A stretch of DNA of 62,874 nt, the filler included, from Rhabdomonas costata (taxonomy: Eukaryota), in assembly GCA_019059605.1 (NCBI GenBank). It is 45 parts of 45 records of this genome, joined end to end, with 100 filler letters (N's around TTAATTAATTAA, not from the genome) between each part and the next. Parts side by side here need not be neighbours in the genome. Positions count along the whole stretch, not along the records: positions 51,783 to 53,081 come from JAHMHO010020175.1; positions 53,182 to 54,480 come from JAHMHO010020176.1; positions 54,581 to 55,879 come from JAHMHO010020177.1; positions 55,980 to 57,277 come from JAHMHO010020178.1; positions 57,378 to 58,676 come from JAHMHO010020179.1; positions 58,777 to 60,077 come from JAHMHO010020180.1; positions 60,178 to 61,476 come from JAHMHO010020181.1; positions 61,577 to 62,874 come from JAHMHO010020182.1; 37 more parts are not named here. One strand, given 5' to 3'. The notes under the pieces are model-generated. The model was not told the DNA's origin, did no database searches, and saw nothing but the letters and a program-made list of their open reading frames with translations. The position numbers and the translations under genes are program-made. Numbering within the stretch: position 1 is the stretch's first letter; each line of letters opens with the position of its first letter. Positions 52,656 to 62,874 of this stretch are shown here, piece by piece.

Positions 52656-53066
52656 TTAGCGCACGTCTGATGGCCGACCTTGCCCCCCAACTGCAGCAGG
52701 CATAAGCCCCCCACGGCTGTCCGTCATGGGATTCCCGGTCAGAACTTGCAGGGACCGCCACGTTCCACCGAGCTTCGGGGGCAGCTGGGCAGGGTCGATG
52801 AACTCCGAGAGCTTCCCCAGGAAGCTCTTCCCCAGCATTACCACCCGGGGCTCCAGCAAAGGATATGAGCCCTTGACATGGTCCCACATTGTGGGGAACC
52901 CAAACGGGGGGTTGATAATGTACGCCCGCTCGATGGTTCCGGGGTAGTGCTGGGTGTCCAGCACAAAGGCACCCCAGAAAAGCTCCTGTACCTCGGAGCG
53001 GATCAGGTCGGTCACTCCGACCCCGTCCAGATCCAAAATTAGCGCCACCGCCTTCTGGCCTGCAGC
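52656..53066 (-). CDS. CRAL-TRIO/Sec14 lipid-binding domain protein, C-terminal part
   Basis: ILDLDG...QHYPGTIERAYIINPPFGFPTMW...EFIDPAQLPPKLGGT. Confidence 0.92.
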   Translation of the reverse strand, partial: AAGQKAVALILDLDGVGVTDLIRSEVQELFWGAFVLDTQHYPGTIERAYIINPPFGFPTMWDHVKGSYPLLEPRVVMLGKSFLGKLSEFIDPAQLPPKLGGTWRSLQVLTGNPMTDSRGGLMPAAVGGQGRPSDVR

Positions 53067-53990
53067 CTTGAACCCACAAAANNNNNNNNNNNNNNNNNNN
53101 NNNNNNNNNNNNNNNNNNNNNNNNNTTAATTAATTAANNNNNNNNNNNNNNNNNNNNNNNNNNNNNNNNNNNNNNNNNNNNGTTGGTTTGGTACCTTTTA
53201 ATGTCGGACGCCATAGGTCTCCACTTGACCTTTTCGTGTCGGAGATTGGAAGGAAGAATAATCCACTTCGGTCGGCTGGTGTGAATATGCATCTTTCCAC
53301 AACAGAAATATCACTATGGACATTTTTATTTTATGAACTAATAAATTTTAACGAGAGGCATTATGGCAAACACAAAGGGTGAGCTGGAATGAAAAAATCA
53401 TTGAAAGCACATCAAGAAAACCGGCATAACTCCAAATGACCGGCCATAAGGAAGATCACGAAACACACCAAGAGTCATTGGAAGTAGCCATCACGGATGC
53501 AACACAACATGGCTGTAAAAGAGCAGGAGAACACTCCCTAACCGTAGGTAAGTTGCGGGGGGGACTCCGTCCTGCACGTGCATGGCGTCCTAAACCCATG
53601 CAAGAAATCTATTATTGCTCTATGGCCGGCCATTGGAGTCCTGCCAGAAAACCTCTGCGAACTGCTGTCCAGATAACGCGCCTTTATGCATGATGCTTTG
53701 TACAAAATCAAAGGATTCCAGAGTCCACACAAACTTAGAAGTACCGCATTCTGTTACGCACGAGATGATATTACTTCAGAAAAATGCTCAAAAATATATG
53801 CTCTCCAAATCGCTATTAAGTGGAAAGTGTTTGTGTTTTGACACTGCCATACTAAAGTATATAGCAATGGTAGCATGGGAGTAATAGTATTATAGTGGTT
53901 AAAGTGTACAGTAATTTTTGTCTCCAAAAACTGATAAATAATCAAACGCACATCTTCCACAGGAATTTCGGGCCTACCTTCCGGAAGCAG

Positions 53991-54343
53991 TGCTGGGGAG
54001 GGACGAAGCGGAGAAGACCGAGGAGCGCAGCCCATGCCACAACCGCGTGGCGCCCTCGCCCGGCACTGGTCGCCTGTCGTCGCCCTCTCGGGACGACCTC
54101 GTCAACCCAGGCTCAAGCCGGGACTCGGAAGCGGTCGATGAGGAGAGCCCCGAGAATACTCACCTTGAAGCGCCACAGGTTTCTGGCCGAGCTAAGGGCA
54201 CCCATGTGCACCGGCAGGTGGGAGCGCTGACGTTCCGATCCGTCTCTGTGCTGCAGATGGACATCGGGGGTTTCCACTTGCTGGTTGAGGATGAGGTCAC
54301 GCTGCTCTCCACGCACTCCGCGGTGATCCACGCCACCAGCCAG
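53991..54343 (+). CDS. Hypothetical protein, two exons
   Basis: Exons 53991-54178 and 54257-54343 with a putative 78-nt in-frame GT-AG intron. Confidence 0.45.
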
Positions 54344-56381
54344 GTCGGTGTTGAGAAAGAAATGCAGAAAGGCGAAGAAGCATCTCCATGCGGAAACATG
54401 ATGCGTGTGCTGCCTTCCGAAATTCTCACATTGTGGGTGCCATTGTGGAGCGTAAGACCGAGTGGATCCCTGGCCTTCCTNNNNNNNNNNNNNNNNNNNN
54501 NNNNNNNNNNNNNNNNNNNNNNNNTTAATTAATTAANNNNNNNNNNNNNNNNNNNNNNNNNNNNNNNNNNNNNNNNNNNNGGTGGTGTGTGCAGTAACTG
54601 CACTTGGGGACATCCCTGTGTTTCCTCCTCAAGTGTGCTCCCAGTGTATGCCATCACCCTTTCGTTTTGTCACCTCTCCAGGATGCCGCCCATTCCAGTT
54701 CCAGACTGTTGAAGTTCAGCTCCTCGTTCTTTTTATCCATTTATGCACGCTTGGTCACCTGGCCCTTTTGACAGAGAATAAACCACTTGGTGTGGTGGGG
54801 CAAAGTGAAACTGTAAACTGTTTTTCAGCTGAGCGTCGTGGCTTTTACCCTGATATTCTTGCATCTCGGTGCACACATCTCTCTTTGCCCTTATTTCGGA
54901 AAGCACCAGAACGTCAGGGTTTTTAAAGAGTTTTGCACCCCGTAACACATTTTCGCTTCTTCCGCATCCATATGTTTCCCTAAACGGCAACCCTCGCGCA
55001 CGCCACAGATTTGCTGGCTCGCTCTGGAGGACACACTAGTGCCTTTCCGACCGCTGGACTCGGGTTACACATTCTGCCTTCTGTCGCGAAGGGCTGCCGC
55101 AGACGATATTGACAGCTATGGCGGAATCGTGCCGTAGTTATTCTTCAGGAGTTTTTTCTCATAGGCATGGCTAGTTTTCCCAGACAATGAGAAGTTTGGC
55201 CACTGTAATTATATTGCGTGTCCTTGTGTGTCTTCTGACGTGGGTAGGACTGAGCTGCTGTTTGACGCCGGGAAAGCTATACCTATTTGGCATTGACCAT
55301 AAGTGGTCTGGCACAGCAGACCAGGGCAAGGCATCTCGGCTACTTACAAGGTGTCGGTTATTTTGGGTGAAAAGGAAACCAAAGAAAAGACCTGGCCGTA
55401 CGTGAACATAAAACGCATTGAGCAACATCGTGGGCGTGCCCATGCGTGGATGACTCATATATTGTGTCTGGCCATCTAAATGCTGGCATGCATGTGCTTT
55501 GCTTTTCCGCTGATACCTTCCCGCTGTCCTACGCCCGGTTTTCAATCCGACACCTTTCCTGTCGACCCACGGACAGGGGACACGATCGTCCAAAGCATAC
55601 CTTGCTCGACGGTTCCTGTGTTGAACCTTCGAGCAGTGTGTTGATTCCATCGTTTAGCTTGGCGTTGATTGTCCCGATCCGGTTCCGGCCTTCCAAGCCA
55701 TGGGAGGCATGGGACAGGATCGGGATATTGGTTTGGAGGGCCGGAACCGCGTGGCGCAGGCAAAAAGGGGGGAAGCCGCAAGTCTCGCGCCAAGGCGCGG
55801 GCAGCGAGAAATGACCAAATCCACCACGGCAACGCACGGGGAGAAGACACAGAAGCGGGGAAGAAGATACACCAAAAACNNNNNNNNNNNNNNNNNNNNN
55901 NNNNNNNNNNNNNNNNNNNNNNNTTAATTAATTAANNNNNNNNNNNNNNNNNNNNNNNNNNNNNNNNNNNNNNNNNNNNCCGGGGCCTTTTGCCTTGGCT
56001 GTCGGAAAGAGCTGCGAGCGGGCAGGTGGGAGAGGTGGTTCGGAACTCCCTTCACCTCCAACTTAATCATACGCTCACACTAATTTAAATCATCGCATGA
56101 ATGAAACGAGGAATCTGCAGGACGGGGGGTATTCGATTGCATTCACATATTCTTGCTCTTTGAAGGGCACCGCAGGAAGAGACTGGACATTTTAAATTCT
56201 TGCATCAGTCAGACGCGTAATTCATTGACACTGGAAAATACCGGGTGCTACAGTCAAAACTGTTGAATATCGTACGAACACAGGAACAGCAGAACCTCAA
56301 CTAAATGGGACCTGGTCAAGAAAAGCAAAAAGCACTCGTATATCAAACCACAAAACGATGACGGGCCGTACGCGAACAAAC

Positions 56382-57055
56382 CCATCTTTGCCACAGGACC
56401 TCGATGTTCACCCAAAACCGCCGGAGCAGCAACCACCTCAGTGGCAGCCGGCAAGCCATCGTCGTCGCTGTCCTCCCCATCGTAGTAGATTGCGGCGAGG
56501 GTCTGAACCCAAACCCCAGCAACCATGACATGTAATGCTGTGAAAAAGTGACATGCTGTGGTGGTAAAACAGTGGAATATAACGGTCGGATGAGGAGTTC
56601 TGGAACGCGGTTGTGTTGCTTTGAGCTGGGTTCCCAAGGGGTTCAAGGAATCGTTGCGGAAGCCATTTGACGACAAAGGGCAAACTGGTACAGATATTCG
56701 GAGATATTCCAGGCCAACTAACTCCATTCCGACAAACGCACTGCGAATAACAACACAACATACGCGCACTACGAATAAACAGTTAACAGACAGACGAGCC
56801 CTGCCGTAAATCGGGAACCTGCAAGGTATTCTTAGGCCTCCGGGGCGCTGCTGCCTTTCTCGCCACAGCCAGAGCCATAGAAGGCGAAGGGGGAAGCGCC
56901 GGCGCAGCCCTCGCTGAAAGCGTTGGGGGGGGTAGTGAGTGCTGCGTGACCACCGCACCTGCCGCCGCAGCCGCGACAGCGGCAGCGCAAAGTGCAGCAG
57001 CCCAGCGCCTCTGCCGATGCCTTTGTCCAGCGTCATCCAATTGCTGCGGTTGCAT
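56382..57055 (-). CDS. Hypothetical protein with an N-terminal hydrophobic anchor, first two exons
   Basis: Exons 57055-56819 (RRWAAALCAAAVAAAAAGAVV) and 56502-56382, with a phase-0 GT-AG intron. Confidence 0.55.
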
Positions 57056-57723
57056 GAGAACAACAAGGGTCACATCCAGGGGTGTTCAGCGTGTGAAAGA
57101 GTAATAAAACAATGACCAGCTCATACTGGCAACACCCAACATACATCCGGGGACCCATCCCAACGCCAGTTTCGGTTATAACCACGACAAAGAAGAACCA
57201 CAAAGCTGCTTGGGTGGTGCGCACATGAACGCAAAAAACACTCGTATATCAAACCGCAAAAGGATGACGGGCCGTACNNNNNNNNNNNNNNNNNNNNNNN
57301 NNNNNNNNNNNNNNNNNNNNNTTAATTAATTAANNNNNNNNNNNNNNNNNNNNNNNNNNNNNNNNNNNNNNNNNNNNTCTGGAGTGGTAGAAAGTACCAC
57401 GAAGTGGATGAATGCAGTGCATTGGATTTCAGATCGGTACAAGGACAGGAAAGAGAATGCAGAGGCCACAAATCTAGTGTGTATTCCGGAGCATGGAAGA
57501 GTTGAGATGGCTAATGCTATGCAGAAGTTGAACGAGTGGAGAATGGTTGCCCAGTGATCACCACAGTTACCGACCATGAGTACCATTTCACCAGTGTTGG
57601 AGGATCATTTCATGGTGACGTATGTGATGGTGGTGGTTGAACAGATTGAGGGATAAGTTCTGATTTCAGAACGGGAGAATACCGAGGTGTTACTTAATTA
57701 GGTTCTGAGGAGGAAGCTTGTTT

Positions 57724-58221
57724 TTAGAGAATTGTTGCCACAGCTTCCAGAGACGAGGCAGTGGGTGAAGTATGTCCCTCAGGCCACGAAGCCCCCTCTG
57801 TGACCTCTTCCAACTTCACTGTGGAAATAGAAACATCTGAAATCAACTCTGGAAGAGACTCCGCACACTGTATAACGGTCACCACCATTGGATCGCTTTT
57901 TTCTGCAACCAAACGACATCCAGCCGTTTTGAAGCCTGAGTCATTTGGGGTGTCGCTCCCCTCCCTTACTGCTACTCTGGAACCAGGGGTGCACACCCAC
58001 GACCCTTTCCGTACTTGAGAGATATGTGGAAGCTCTGGAACAACTTCCTCCGGCTCGGCTTCCATCATCCCTGTGGTTGGGCACGTAATTCTTAAAGAAT
58101 CCACTGCTGGAAGCGCATGAATGTCGTAAATCCTACCGCCTCTCCAAACCTTGACACACCTACGCTTCCAGTCAATCTGCGCTCTTACCTGCGTATTCCC
58201 AATCCACAAAGGAAGGAACAT
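57724..58221 (-). pseudogene. Possible decayed LTR-retrotransposon pol (protease region) remnant
   Basis: LWIGNTQVRAQ-IDWKRRCVKV resembles the start and end of a retropepsin with the DSGA core missing. The contig is stop-rich and lacks splice signals. Confidence 0.3.
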
Positions 58222-59651
58222 TAATGGCTACTAGGTTGGGTCAGGAAGATCGGAAAGTAACCCCACCACTTCCCTTACGTTCCTCTGCAATGGCAAGAAG
58301 AACAACGGAATGATGGTACTCCATGCCCCTCTCCGAATACTGCTGACCGTTGTCTCTGCACCCCTCTGACATCTCCTCTGAAAGGTCTTCCGCCACCACA
58401 CTCCACTCACACAACTCTGTGGAACTTCCTGGCTCCATCAATCTTATGCGAATGTCCCTCTCTTACTCTTAAGGAGATTTCTCCTTCTGCACGCAACACC
58501 GTCAATTGTGGGTTTTGACCTTTCTGTAAACCTCTGAAAGTGGATGGTAGCTCACAACCTCTAACTCAGCATTAGTTAATCGTTGTCCGCACAACATTTC
58601 ACGCAATTCTCGTATGATCTGGACCGATTAAGGCTCTTTCCTATTACTCCTCTGAGATTTCTGAACCCGTCCGGAANNNNNNNNNNNNNNNNNNNNNNNN
58701 NNNNNNNNNNNNNNNNNNNNTTAATTAATTAANNNNNNNNNNNNNNNNNNNNNNNNNNNNNNNNNNNNNNNNNNNNGTGTGGTGGTGTTTTTCGGCTTTC
58801 TTGGGGCGGGCCGTATTGCTGCGGCTGCGCCGCCTTGAAGCCACCTTGGCTCGCTCGCAGTGATGGTGGCGTCCCGCATTACTCTATGGTTGTGTGTGTG
58901 TGTGTGTGTGTGTGTGTTTAATCCACCTGGGACCGGAGCCAAGGCCGGACCAAACGCGACACAGCGGGAGCTGGAACTGGAACGGATCTAGGCTAACTTA
59001 ACTTGAGCTAGACTGACCGATTAAGGTCCATATGTGATCCTCTGCCTGCATCTCAACTCCATACTATGGCAATGAGCTAGGCGCCTTTCCCTTGGCTGGT
59101 TTGTGAGATTTGCGTTCACATCTCTTGGTAGATCGGGAAGCCTACCGCAAACAATTTCCCCCAAAAGATACCCTGTCTCATTGCAATCTCCTGTGAATCC
59201 GCATGAATCCCTCATTCAGTTCGATAGTCTGCTCACCGCGGACTGCCTTCTTTGAGGGGAAGGGACAACTCGCCTTTGCTTCTTACATCAGGCTTCAATC
59301 CAGAGGAGGGAGTAAGTAGTCCCAAACAGGCGAACATGCACAGGGAGAGAAAAAAGGGGGAAGGCGGCACACCTCCCACTGCTTCTCCAAAATCCCCTCC
59401 CTGCACAAGCGGGCAGCGGAAACACATGCACGAGTGGCGGTACGGTGAGTTCAGCGGATGGGCTTGAAGCATGCGACTCGCGAAGCGACAGAAATGAAGC
59501 GACAAGACCTTTATCCGGTTTTGCAAGATGGACACATCAGAAACAAGGCGTAGCCAAAGTGAAGTTATAAAGGGGGAAAAACGCGTGCGGGTGGTAATCT
59601 CAGAGCTCCTTGTGGTCAATCCACCACCCCCGGCCCACAAACTATACACAC

Positions 59652-59773
59652 TTGGGGGTCACTGCTTGAAGCAGGGTTTCGGTGGGGTCTTCCAGGCGGT
59701 TAAGCAGGGTCCCCACAGAGATCAGGAAGTGCTGGTAGATGTGCTCCTCGGCCTCTGCCATCACAGCCCGGCC
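59652..59773 (-). CDS. Hypothetical internal exon
   Basis: cacag acceptor, GRAVMAEAEEHIYQHFLISVG..., and a GTGTGT donor. Confidence 0.45.
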
Positions 59774-60180
59774 CTGTGAGAACGCGGGTACTCACCTCTC
59801 TGTCTGTCTGTCGTCACTCTCTCTGTCGTCACTGCACCCCTCTCTTCAAGAAATCTCTCTTCGTCACAGCCAAGGAGCCAAGGACGTTTCTTTTCATATC
59901 CGCGCCCTTTAAAATGAAATACTGAAACTGCAGCTCTCTGGCTGTAGCTCTAAACGCTCGCTCGGTCTGACGCACATGCCATCATGAAATTCAAAATCCT
60001 CAACAGCGCAATTGTGCCACGGAAAGGCAAACAAAGCACGGGATTCATCCGTGAGACAACTAAGGCGCAAAAAACACNNNNNNNNNNNNNNNNNNNNNNN
60101 NNNNNNNNNNNNNNNNNNNNNTTAATTAATTAANNNNNNNNNNNNNNNNNNNNNNNNNNNNNNNNNNNNNNNNNNNNTGG

Positions 60181-60373
60181 GTGTACGTTGCACTATTGCA
60201 ACGGGGAGGAGCAAGAGACCTTGAGAAGTCTGCGCTGCATCTTAATTACTGTGTTCCGTGCACATCAGAAGCAGATAAGCAGACCTTTGGGTGTGATTTT
60301 GTGCTATTTCGTTCACCCTTTTTATGTTTCTCTGGCCTCTTGCTCCTCCCCGTTGCAATAGTGCAACGTACAC
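60181..60373. repeat. 37-bp perfect inverted repeat at contig start
   Basis: Arms at 60181-60217 and 60337-60373. Confidence 0.92.
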
Positions 60374-60613
60374 TCATCCCTTAGCCGTGAGCAAATGCAA
60401 CCCTATGACTGCTTTTAAGGATACCCACCACTTGGGTAACGCTCGGGCAATCAGTCATCAGCTGCCGTCGTCACTCAAAAGCACTCGAAAAAACAGAGCC
60501 TTTGGTGCAGTCTGAAACCAGCGCACGAGTTGTTTCCCAAAGCGGAGCTAAACCTTTTGCAGTACCATTTTCGTTCCTTCTCCTCCTCACCCTCCTTCGT
60601 GTCGCTTCTTCAG

Positions 60614-61213
60614 ATCATCCAAGTGCCGCGCCAGGTCACCGTGCCTGAGGTTGTGCACGTCCCCGTGCCTGTGGAGCAGATCGTGGAGAAGCGTGTGGCC
60701 TACCCTGTGGAGCGCATCGTCCACAAGCAGGTCTCAGTCTGCACAGAAAAGAAAAAGCCTCCTTGCCCTCGGATCCTGGATTTTTGATTTTTCTTTTTTT
60801 GGAGCTTGGATTTTTTTTCTTGCGGTTCAATTTCCTTTCCTCTTGGTGCACAGTGAGAGAGTTAGGGTACGAGGCGGGGGTGGGGAAGGTGCACAACAGA
60901 CGTCGAAAAAGTGACAAAGAAGTGGTTTGCCGGGCAGAGCTGTAAATAAATATTGCTAGTAACAGTATATGGGTATGGCAGATCCCATAAAGAGGACTTA
61001 AGGTGGAGACCAAGATACGCGCAACTGCACTCTCAGTTCTGTTGCATGCGGGCACAGAGGACATACAAACTAAGAGTAAAATTACCTGCGCATCTCCTCC
61101 TGTCCTCTCTTCTTCTCTTCCCCTTTGTTCCAAAGGTGCGGGTGCCTGTGGAGCAGACGGTGGAGAAGATCGTGCGCGTCCCCCGGGAGGTCATCCAGAG
61201 AATCCCTGTCCAG
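60614..61213 (+). CDS. Articulin/epiplasmin-like VPV-repeat pellicle protein, two exons
   Basis: Exons 60614-60730 (VPEVVHVPVPVEQIVEKRVAYPVERIVHKQ) and 61136-~61213 (VRVPVEQTVEKIVRVPREV), with a phase-0 GT-AG intron. Confidence 0.88.
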
Positions 61214-61384
61214 GAATGCTCGCAGCTCTCTCTCTCTCTTGCACTTCAAACCCCGGGAGAGATGCGAGGAGGACGAGGAGAAGGGTAACCAATCCCGGCC
61301 AGGCCACTGGCAAAGAGCAAGTCCCACAAAGTGACTAGGGCGACTAAAGCCCGACTAAGGGGAACGCTCTCTCCTAAGACTCGC

Positions 61385-61420
<36 letters not shown>

Positions 61421-61624
61421 TACTCTCGCACATAACCCCCCCCCCAACTTCAAACCCAGCCCAGTGCACACCAACCNNNNNNNNNNNNNNNNNNNNNNNN
61501 NNNNNNNNNNNNNNNNNNNNTTAATTAATTAANNNNNNNNNNNNNNNNNNNNNNNNNNNNNNNNNNNNNNNNNNNNGGGGTTGTGGTGACTCCCTCCGAG
61601 GTGTGTGTAAGTGCGTGTGAGAGG

Positions 61625-62562
61625 TATCTTGGGCTGGCCCTGACGGACCATGGGGAGCTGCCCACCTTTGTGAAGAAGTTCGGAGCGGTCGCGGTGACTC
61701 CCTCCGAGGTGTGTGTAAGTGCGTGTGAGAGGTATCTCACTCTTCCGGACGGTACTGGTCCCTCGCCCAGCATTTGTCATGCCTCCCCTGCAGTGAACGT
61801 CTTCGCCTTGCCGACGGGCAGCCTAAAGGTAGCCATACCGGAGCAAATAGGAAAAGGATGCCGCACAATTCAGAATGGGGATCAAAGTTAGTTGCCTTTT
61901 GTGATTAGGCGAGCTGGAGTGGGACATCTTTCGCACCTGCACTGGGGTTTCTATTTTCGAGGATTGAAGTAATTATTAAATTTAGGTTTGGAAAGAGGGA
62001 GCGGGCAACCTATGCTTGAATGCGGAACTTGGCTAATGCCTTCTGAGCGGTGGCGAGGTCGGTTTGGCAGCCGCTGATCAGAGGATTTCTCGAACGAAAT
62101 TGCATTTCCGAAATGGTAGCTCAACTCCCACCCCCCACCCCCACAAAGGTGGCCTCCATTCTTCTGAACCTGAGCATCGTTGGCGTGGTCCGAGGCCGCC
62201 AGGAGGTTGGGCCTCGTGCCCTGGGGCACCGGTATATGTTCTTTTAAGTGTGCTTCTTTGCATCCTTGGACCTTTACTGTACGTCACGCTTCACTGCTGT
62301 GCTGCAATGTGCAACCTCCTTGTGGCTCTATCCTGACTTCGAGTATTGCAACGCTTTGCCCTCGTTCCCTCATGTTCCGCGGAAAGAGTTTTCCTGAGTT
62401 TGGGGGGCGGTTGGAGTTTGGAGTCTTTTGTGCAGGTCACTACTGAGCTGGCCGGCGGAGGCGACTAAGGCCAGAATAAACAAGTTTCGGAAGAGTGCAT
62501 GGTACGACATGCCCGCCGCAGCAGTGGTACCCGCGGAGAACGCTTCAGCCTTCGTAGAAGTG
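61625..62562 (+). CDS. NodU/CmcH-family carbamoyltransferase-like protein, C-terminal domain, three exons
   Basis: Exons ~61625-61708, 62149-62231 and 62436-62562 splice (GT-AG) to YLG...VASILL...IVGVVRGRQEVGPRALGHRSLL...KARIN. Confidence 0.85.
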
Positions 62563-62874
62563 GTATGCGCTATGCCGCTCCTTGCGGAGATTACCACTGA
62601 TCCACCAGTCACTGAGTCACTCATCGCTCCTCTTTATGCAATTTTCTTGAGTTTTTTGTTTTTCCCTGTGCACCTGTGCATCCCTTCCAGAAGAGAAAAC
62701 TGCTGAGGTTTCCTGACTCCCTTCAAGCGAATATTCCTCATCCCTTCCGAACAACCTCTCTCTCGCTTAAAATCTATATAAAAAACGACACAATTATTAT
62801 TACCTGGTGCTGCCCCCCAAAGTCGATCAGAGTTAAGATCATACCCGTGGTGCATTAGTGTTGACCACAAACAC

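Noticed and set aside
61214-61219. GA-type donor (CAG|GAATGC) after the second articulin exon
   Set aside because: An in-phase GT donor (CCT|GTCCAG) lies 6 nt upstream, and there is no downstream exon available to test the junction.

Overview
This window is not one locus. It is about 45 unrelated ~1.3-kb contigs joined by artificial 100-nt spacers (N44-TTAATTAATTAA-N44), so adjacency across spacers means nothing. Contig ends are G/T-only at the 5' side and C/A-only at the 3' side. Several carry pieces of TGTGTTGGGTGTGTTTGG, which points to a GenomePlex-type whole-genome-amplified, probably single-cell, library. Most contigs come from an intron-rich protist, inferred to be a euglenid (articulin VPV repeats, frequent GC-AG introns, a DIRS/VIPER/TATE-like RNase H). 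Manual exon joining recovers fragments of gamma-tubulin, eRF3, kinesin, FAD synthase, a CCX/NCLX exchanger, a TTD14-like NTPase, PLMT, Sec14, an EEP nuclease, EGF, Kelch and LRR proteins, a PC-esterase-like protein and a NodU/CmcH-like carbamoyltransferase. Many of these are invisible in the ORF track because the exons are short. Two very AT-rich, intronless contigs (26597-29294) carry three related giant-virus-like ORFs; all three have LKGG near the N-terminus, and two share a near-identical ...YKIKKY..KINN.YTILKGG leader. This is the most interesting signal. No rRNA, tRNA or CRISPR array was recognised. All family calls are from motif recognition by eye, not database searches.
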